From positions 448,001-512,000 of the forward strand of contig CP084166.1 in NCBI GenBank assembly GCA_021513695.1: a stretch of 64,000 nt of DNA. The letters are read 5' to 3'. This document shows positions 58,374 to 64,000 of the stretch, in pieces. Numbering within the stretch: the first letter of the stretch is position 1; every line of letters begins with the position of its first letter. The DNA is from Candidatus Heimdallarchaeum aukensis. Its GTDB lineage: Archaea; Asgardarchaeota; Heimdallarchaeia; Heimdallarchaeales; Heimdallarchaeaceae. Below the pieces are notes generated by a model. That model was given only the letters and a program-made list of their open reading frames with translations. It was not told where the DNA came from and searched no databases. A program made the position numbers and the translations under genes.

Positions 58374-59569
58374 TATATCTCCTCTTTACAATCAAATCTA
58401 TCAAAAAATGAATCTAAAAACGACCAATTTACTGCTAAAGGGACTTCTGTTGAATTTACTATTTTTTTTACTGTTCTATTACGAATTCTGTGTTGTTTTG
58501 TTGCTATAATTTTGAGTTTATTGTTCTGTAAAAATTTGGATTTTAATATCAAACCTATTGCAGCATAATGCTGTTGAACTTTAATGATTTTTATGAAAAG
58601 CGGGCTTGCTCTTCTAGTTGCACTATTTGAAAATGGTGATATCATTACACTTGTTTTATTGCTCTGAAAATAATAATTATGAGGTAAGCCAAAAATAATA
58701 CGTTCAGGATGCTCTTCAATTTTATTTTTATTAGTAAAATCAAGCATTAGATCATGATCTCTCTTAAAGTTTCTCTCAGCTCTTATTCCTCCTGGTAGTT
58801 CTCCACTATCCCCATAACTTCTATATTTTAATAACTCAAATCCAATAGAATTTAACAATTTATTAACATCACTGTCAATTTTTAATAAACAAGCCCTAGA
58901 ATACCTTGAAAAACGGGAATACAGTAAATCATTAATTTGTATCTGGTCTTCTTCTTTAAATTCAGCAAGAAAGTTCTCAATATTAATTTTTAAATCTTTT
59001 ACATTCTTTGATTGGATATATTCTAGCTCATCACCATTTTTTATCTCTTCAATATGAAATGATCCTAACCCTCGTCTAGATCTTGCGCCTATACCTCCAA
59101 AATAACTGAGAGCTATTAGAGCTTTAATAATAGAATTTTTAATGGATTTTTTACATTTTTTATTCAAATTTCTAAAGTAGATATTTATTTTTCCATTAAC
59201 AGGTGGTAAAACATATTCCTTAATATCATCTTTATGTTTTTTAATACCATATGTTAAATAACTTAATCCATATTCATTTTTTCCATATCCTTTAAAATGA
59301 CCCTTTTTGAAGTAATCTACCTCTGCATTTAATATCACCTTAGATTTACCAACGGACTTATCTGTGCTACTGAAAATCATAGTTTCATTACGATATAATT
59401 CATCTATAGTTTTTAGCTTAAAGTATTTCCAAGCTATCGCTCGCCACCAGAATCTTAAAGCCCCTTTAAAACTAGAAAGTCTAAATTCTGCTTTAGACTG
59501 ATCATAGCCGCGTAAAAATAGAGGAGTAACTATTTCAAACTTAACTGAAATATGTTCATACTCTTTCAC
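58373..59569 (-). CDS. cmr1: type III-B RAMP, Cmr1-like (first gene of operon)
   Basis: VTPLFLRGYDQSKAEFRLSSFKGALRFWWRA and Gly-rich loop YFGGIGARSRRGLGSF. A second RAMP-like half (…RRASPLFIKII…). 398 aa. Confidence 0.55.
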   Translation of the reverse strand: MKEYEHISVKFEIVTPLFLRGYDQSKAEFRLSSFKGALRFWWRAIAWKYFKLKTIDELYRNETMIFSSTDKSVGKSKVILNAEVDYFKKGHFKGYGKNEYGLSYLTYGIKKHKDDIKEYVLPPVNGKINIYFRNLNKKCKKSIKNSIIKALIALSYFGGIGARSRRGLGSFHIEEIKNGDELEYIQSKNVKDLKINIENFLAEFKEEDQIQINDLLYSRFSRYSRACLLKIDSDVNKLLNSIGFELLKYRSYGDSGELPGGIRAERNFKRDHDLMLDFTNKNKIEEHPERIIFGLPHNYYFQSNKTSVMISPFSNSATRRASPLFIKIIKVQQHYAAIGLILKSKFLQNNKLKIIATKQHRIRNRTVKKIVNSTEVPLAVNWSFLDSFFDRFDCKEEI

Positions 59570-59836
59570 AATTATGACACCGTCAGCAATACAATTATTA
59601 TTTTATCTATTGTTTTTTATTTATAAGTTTAGTCTAATATTTTAAACAAAGTGTAATTTTAAATTTAAAATTTAAAAAAGCAATTATTTATTTATGATAG
59701 TCCTCATTACGTTTTATTTTTAGTAAAAATAGTTGTTTTAGTTAATCTTTTTTAAATGTAAAAGATAAATACTAATTTTTTCTATTAAATGGTTTAAATA
59801 CTTTTTTAAAGAAAGTATTACCTAATACATATAATT
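59570..59836. promoter_or_regulatory. divergent AT-rich intergenic region between the cmr operon (-) and CARF gene (+); candidate bidirectional promoter
   Basis: 267-bp gap between divergently oriented start codons. Not specifically resolved (TATA/BRE cannot be singled out in this AT-rich DNA). No CRISPR-like repeats present. Confidence 0.25.
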
Positions 59837-60391
59837 ATGTGTGAGCTAGTATATGTAACATTAGCTGGTTCTTCTAAAAAAGCTATTGTAAACTCAATAT
59901 ATTTTACAGTAAAAGAATTTATTAAAAAAAATATTAAATCAGTTGAAAAATTGTCAATTTTGATAATAAAATCAAATACAAGTCCAATAAAAAAAGAGTC
60001 TATAAAAACTTCTATAACAGAATATTTTAGTCTATCAAAAGAATTATCGGATATCAAAATTGAATTTTTCGAAGAAAAAGTAGTTCCAGAGCATATGTTA
60101 ATAGATATTTTTAAAGAGATTCAAAATGAACTTGTTCCTTTTTTAGACAATAATCAAAATAAGCTAATTATTGTAGATTTGACCGCATCAAGAAAAATAA
60201 TGTCGATAGGTCTCACTCTAAGTATTATTGAGTATTGGAAAAAGAAAAAAAACAACAATGTTTTTGTGTCCTATTACTTACTTAAGAAATTTTACGACAA
60301 TAAAGAGAAAATAACTATAGAATTATTTCCTGATGAATTCTCCGTTGAAATATGGTCTATCAAAGATTTAGAGGTGATCTTTAGTGAATGA
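59837..60391 (+). CDS. small CARF-only protein (Crn1-like ring-nuclease / Csa3-like sensor candidate)
   Basis: N-terminal ELVYVTLAGSSKKAIVNSIY (Rossmann start as in CARF MxxLxxTLGTS) and IIVDLTASRKIMSIGL (D-x-T-x-x-R-K, CARF-like). 184 aa, no effector domain. Confidence 0.4.
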   Translation: MCELVYVTLAGSSKKAIVNSIYFTVKEFIKKNIKSVEKLSILIIKSNTSPIKKESIKTSITEYFSLSKELSDIKIEFFEEKVVPEHMLIDIFKEIQNELVPFLDNNQNKLIIVDLTASRKIMSIGLTLSIIEYWKKKKNNNVFVSYYLLKKFYDNKEKITIELFPDEFSVEIWSIKDLEVIFSE

Positions 60392-60980
60392 TAAAGAAAC
60401 AGAACTATATTTTGCTCAGTTTTTTGAAAAATTTCTAAAAAACAAAGAAATTATCATTAAAGGTTACAATGAAAGCAAAAATAGTGAATTTGAAATATCT
60501 TTCTCTGAACCGAAATTAATTTTCACTGGTGGTTTGCTCAATAGTACCATTCGAGATCTACTCTTTAATATAGCTATAGACAAAAATCAATTTGCTAAAA
60601 ACTATGAAGAACTAATTAGTGCAATTAATGAGGAATATATCATCGCAAAAAAGGATAATCGAATTCTAGCTTTGGGTATTGATACCAATATAATCTATTC
60701 AGGAGTTCTACTTACTGGATTATACAAACGTTTAATGAAAAAATTAGACTGGAAATTCCCTTTAATTGTAATCTCACATACCACTTCAGAAGAAATTCAC
60801 TATAAACGAGCTTCTAAATATAAAAATCCAACTTTAAATCAATTTAAAGCTAATATTCAGAAACAATCTGAAAATATTCAAAGTTTATTAAATAAAGTAT
60901 TTGCTGAAGAAGGAATGAATATTTCAGAAAGTGTTTATAGAAATCTACTTGATAGAGATGGTAGATTAGGCCATCTCTAG
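60384..60980 (+). CDS. hypothetical protein co-operonic (8-nt overlap) with the CARF-only gene
   Basis: 198-aa ORF, no motif recognised. Confidence 0.3.
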   Translation: MNDKETELYFAQFFEKFLKNKEIIIKGYNESKNSEFEISFSEPKLIFTGGLLNSTIRDLLFNIAIDKNQFAKNYEELISAINEEYIIAKKDNRILALGIDTNIIYSGVLLTGLYKRLMKKLDWKFPLIVISHTTSEEIHYKRASKYKNPTLNQFKANIQKQSENIQSLLNKVFAEEGMNISESVYRNLLDRDGRLGHL

Positions 60981-61200
60981 GAGTATACAAATTGCTCTTA
61001 CATCGCATTAAAATGAATACAATTGTAATAAAATCAATTCACCCTTATTACTCTGGAAAGTTTTCCAATAATGGAAATGTTCCTAGAGAAATTGGTGCAA
61101 TATATGATTCTTTAGTTTGCATTAATTCATAACTCTAGAAGAAGGATTTTTGAACAAGATTAAATTAAAAAAAAAAAAGGATATAGAGAAAGTTGAGTTG

Positions 61201-62718
61201 TTACCAAATGAAGTCTACTATTAAGTTTCCAAGTGTCCAAGTAGATGGTAAAATACCAACTGATGCCAGAGCACACCATGCATCATACGCAAATCCAATA
61301 CCATACACAGGTTCTAAAGCATCACCAATACCAGCATCAATAACATTTGCAACAATAGTTTTCATTTCACTTGTAGAAATAGTACCGTCGTCAACAAGAG
61401 CGATTGCAACAGAAATAACACCTGTAGCAAGCATAGATATACATGGTGAAAAATAACTCGTTTTAAGAGCGTTTTTTAGGATATTTCTTATTTCTTCTTC
61501 AGTTATAGTGTCAGTAGGGGATACCTTAAACAAGTTTCCAATTAATTCATAGGTAGCATCTTTTATGTGTGCACCTGTGCTCCCTATTATTTTATCAGTG
61601 AAGTCTCTTAATGCTTTTGCCATTTTTCCTGCGGTTTCTGTGGAATGAGAAAGATAATAACTATTACAGTATCCCTTAATGTCTTCAATGACTTTTAGAG
61701 TATTATCTACAAGTTGATAACTATTCAATGAAGCTTTGATATCAGAGGTATCTGATGTTCTATCGCTAGCGAATGCCATTATAAATTCCCTGATTTCTCC
61801 AGAACCATCACCCCAACTAAATACATCTTTTGCTAGTATTTTCCATTTAAGGGGTCTGTGGGCGTAAGAAGGATTGTTTACTGATATCGTGAATTCAAGA
61901 GTTTTTTCTCCAGGATCTGGATTGGAAGAGCTATGTCTGTCCCATAATTGTGCTATATACACATTTTCATTATTAACAGCATCGTAGTAACCCAAATACA
62001 CATCAAGTTGAGTCCAGTCTGAGTATGATATCCTTGTCTTTACATATATATAATCAACATATACATTATCTGGTACGTAATAGTTATATATTGAAGCATA
62101 AGCCATAAAGGGATCGTCTAATTCTACTTCATTGTGATAAGTACTATCGAAGTAATAAGCATCTCTTGATACTGCTACAGAACCTTCACCCCCCTCACCG
62201 CCATATGGACTGTTTGTTTCATACTGACTATTTCCGCCTATTCCAGTTGTAATCGCGATAGACCAATAATCGATATATCCTTTATCACCGCTAGCACAAT
62301 CTTCTACGCGTAATTTCCATGTACCATAACAGTTGAATCCTTTAAAATAACTTGTAATAACGAAATCCTGATGGATGTCATCTGAGCTACCACCTTCTCT
62401 GTCCCAAATTTGATAAGTTAACCCACTAGGACTGACAACCCATATTTTTAGGTCTCCAATCCATGTATGAATAATGCTCACGTAAACTGAAACAGTATCT
62501 ATAGAATCAGATTTTGAGATATATATATAGCTTTCTGTTGTAGAATGATCATAGATATTATAGTTTGATCCATTGGACCCCTGTGTACCTGCAGCACTTG
62601 TAGCGCTAGTTGGCATTATGAATGTATTTTGAGGAATCACTGTTACTATCATTAATGCTAATATAGACAGACTTATTAAGTAGATTTTTGATTTAGATTT
62701 TAATTTCATGTTATCCAT
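61201..62718 (-). CDS. secreted protein with proprotein-convertase P-domain-like module
   Basis: N-terminal signal/TM (LISLSILALMIVTVIP). TWIGDLKIWVVSPSGLTYQIWDREGGSSDDIHQDF matches the P-domain signature (GDL-x-I-x-L-x-SP-x-G-T…). Confidence 0.45.
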   Translation of the reverse strand: MDNMKLKSKSKIYLISLSILALMIVTVIPQNTFIMPTSATSAAGTQGSNGSNYNIYDHSTTESYIYISKSDSIDTVSVYVSIIHTWIGDLKIWVVSPSGLTYQIWDREGGSSDDIHQDFVITSYFKGFNCYGTWKLRVEDCASGDKGYIDYWSIAITTGIGGNSQYETNSPYGGEGGEGSVAVSRDAYYFDSTYHNEVELDDPFMAYASIYNYYVPDNVYVDYIYVKTRISYSDWTQLDVYLGYYDAVNNENVYIAQLWDRHSSSNPDPGEKTLEFTISVNNPSYAHRPLKWKILAKDVFSWGDGSGEIREFIMAFASDRTSDTSDIKASLNSYQLVDNTLKVIEDIKGYCNSYYLSHSTETAGKMAKALRDFTDKIIGSTGAHIKDATYELIGNLFKVSPTDTITEEEIRNILKNALKTSYFSPCISMLATGVISVAIALVDDGTISTSEMKTIVANVIDAGIGDALEPVYGIGFAYDAWCALASVGILPSTWTLGNLIVDFIW

Positions 62719-62970
62719 TTCTTCTCACCTGTCGTAAGTAGAGGCATCCTCATACTCAAATGGGATGCCAATTTATATTTCACTACCGTTCTTTAAAAAT
62801 CAATTGTGCTTATAAGCAAAGCCTAATCTTGTTTTAATCACCATCAAGAACTTTTATGAATATAAAAAGAAGAAAGCTTTTTATTGTTGTTATCATATTA
62901 AAATTTATTAGTGAGGTTCACAGCAGCAAATAAAATATTATTGTCTCTTTTATTCAATGATTGTGTTCAT

Positions 62971-64000
62971 ATGTCTAATTCCCATCAATATAATGTTAGC
63001 TATTATGCTACACAGCGTGGAATAGCTGAAAGTACAGGTATTCCTCTGACAAATATCCCTAGAACCCTAAAAATGTTAATTAAAAAAGGATTTGTAGAAC
63101 AAAGTATGGGGTATACAAAAGATGCAATAAGAAGAAGAAAAGTGTATTTTCTCACAGAAATTGGAAAAAAAATGGCACAAAACCTTTACCATGAGCTATT
63201 AGAGCAAGAAATTACAATAATTAATAAACACGGTAAGAGTGAATTACATCCATTTAATGAAGTAGCGAAATTATATAATGTAGACGTTATAAAGATACTT
63301 AGAAATTTGGATTTGCAAGGAAATATTATGCTGGAAGAGCTTGTTCAAAATAACAATGAGGCTAATAAAGTTTATTTTCTTAATTATACACCAGAAGAGA
63401 ATTTTTTTTTCGGAAGAAAGGAAGAATTAGAAAAAATCAGAAGATTTATTGAACACGAACACAAAAAAGTTATAGCTGTATACGGTATTGCAGGTATAGG
63501 AAAGACCTCGTTGATATTAAAAATAATGCAGAATTATAGAAAGAATTACAATATTTTTTATTATAGATTACACGAGTGGGACAGCTTACGAAGTGTGTTA
63601 ACTTCATTATCTGACTTTTTAAGTAGGCTTGGAAAGAAAAGTTTGAGAAAATATTTGAATAATAACAGACCTTGCCTTGATGAAGTTCAAGCAATATTAA
63701 GAAAAGAATTAATGAACGTTAATTCTCTGTTGGTAATCGACGAAGTTCAAAACATTGCGAGCGATGAAATAGTTGATTTACTAAAATATCTTATAATAAT
63801 CTTTTGTGCTGAAATTGAGAATTCAATCCTTATTTTCGCCAGTAGAAAGAGGGTTAATTTCTACTCAATGAAACATACTCTAAAACGAAGCATCGGAGAA
63901 ATTGTTTTGAATGGGCTGGATAGGGAATCAAGTAATAAAATAATTGAGAAGAATATAAATATAAGAAACTTTGAGGAAATTTATAATATTACACAGGGAC
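62971..64000 (+). CDS. wHTH + AAA+ ATPase (archaeal ATPase / Arch_ATPase-like), 3'-partial at window end
   Basis: Not in the ORF track because no stop within the window. ATG at 62971. N-terminal wHTH-like (…RTLKMLIKKGFVEQSMGYTKDAIRRRKVYFLTEIG…). Walker A VYGIAGIGKTSL. Walker B LLVIDEVQ. Confidence 0.6.
   Translation, partial: MSNSHQYNVSYYATQRGIAESTGIPLTNIPRTLKMLIKKGFVEQSMGYTKDAIRRRKVYFLTEIGKKMAQNLYHELLEQEITIINKHGKSELHPFNEVAKLYNVDVIKILRNLDLQGNIMLEELVQNNNEANKVYFLNYTPEENFFFGRKEELEKIRRFIEHEHKKVIAVYGIAGIGKTSLILKIMQNYRKNYNIFYYRLHEWDSLRSVLTSLSDFLSRLGKKSLRKYLNNNRPCLDEVQAILRKELMNVNSLLVIDEVQNIASDEIVDLLKYLIIIFCAEIENSILIFASRKRVNFYSMKHTLKRSIGEIVLNGLDRESSNKIIEKNINIRNFEEIYNITQG

Noticed and set aside
59570-59836. 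Possible CRISPR array upstream of cmr1
   Set aside because: Read the intergenic region for direct repeats of 24-40 nt with regular spacing. None present. Also none at 52999-53112 or 62719-62970.
60384-60980. Cas6 candidate downstream of the CARF gene
   Set aside because: No G-rich loop (GxGxxxxxGxG) or RRM-like signature recognisable. Left as hypothetical.
61193-61456. 87-aa + strand ORF
   Set aside because: Lies entirely within the 3' end of the minus-strand secreted-protein gene. Antisense artefact.
1-64000. tRNA/rRNA genes
   Set aside because: No GC-rich ~75-nt islands with cloverleaf-compatible stems stood out in the AT-rich intergenic regions. Cannot exclude without a covariance-model search.

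Overview
AT-rich (~30% GC) archaeal-looking chromosomal window. Arch_ATPase-type ATPase, a Sulfolobus-type two-subunit 2-oxoacid:ferredoxin oxidoreductase and a ubiquitin/E2/ESCRT-II-like gene string suggest an Asgard-type archaeon (inference). From 5' to 3': (i) a putative ubiquitin-like/E2-UEV-like/winged-helix ESCRT-II-like cluster at 0.8-3.5 kb. (ii) Housekeeping and accessory genes: CPBP protease, orphan DNA methyltransferase, bifunctional CoaBC, OFOR alpha/beta, an aminotransferase, an adenylate-forming enzyme. (iii) Two giant Asp-rich Ca-binding-repeat surface proteins, one beta-helix type and one integrin-like FG-GAP propeller type with near-perfect 288-bp tandem repeats. (iv) The most striking part: a lipid-biosynthesis island at 31.8-52.4 kb with BirA, bacterial-type PlsY, an acyl-CoA carboxyltransferase, and a ~3,500-aa type-I FAS/PUFA-synthase-like megasynthase (FabK/PfaD-like ER, KS, AT, second KS, 3 tandem ACPs, KR, DH, integrated PPTase), followed by an alpha/beta-hydrolase and a biotinyl carrier protein. 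This island carries two large near-perfect tandem duplications. A 1993-bp duplication breaks the megasynthase frame. A ~2.7-kb duplication creates a truncated HEPN fragment, a chimeric PPTase ORF and a frameshifted BCCP copy. (v) A type III-B CRISPR-Cas effector module on the minus strand, cmr1-cas10(HD-less, GGDD+)-cmr3-cmr4-cmr5-cmr6 plus a Csx1/Csm6-like CARF-HEPN gene. No CRISPR array, Cas6 or adaptation genes are in the window. A divergent small CARF-only gene operon and a wHTH-AAA+ ATPase flank it. All calls are from reading motifs in the six-frame translations; no database search was possible.
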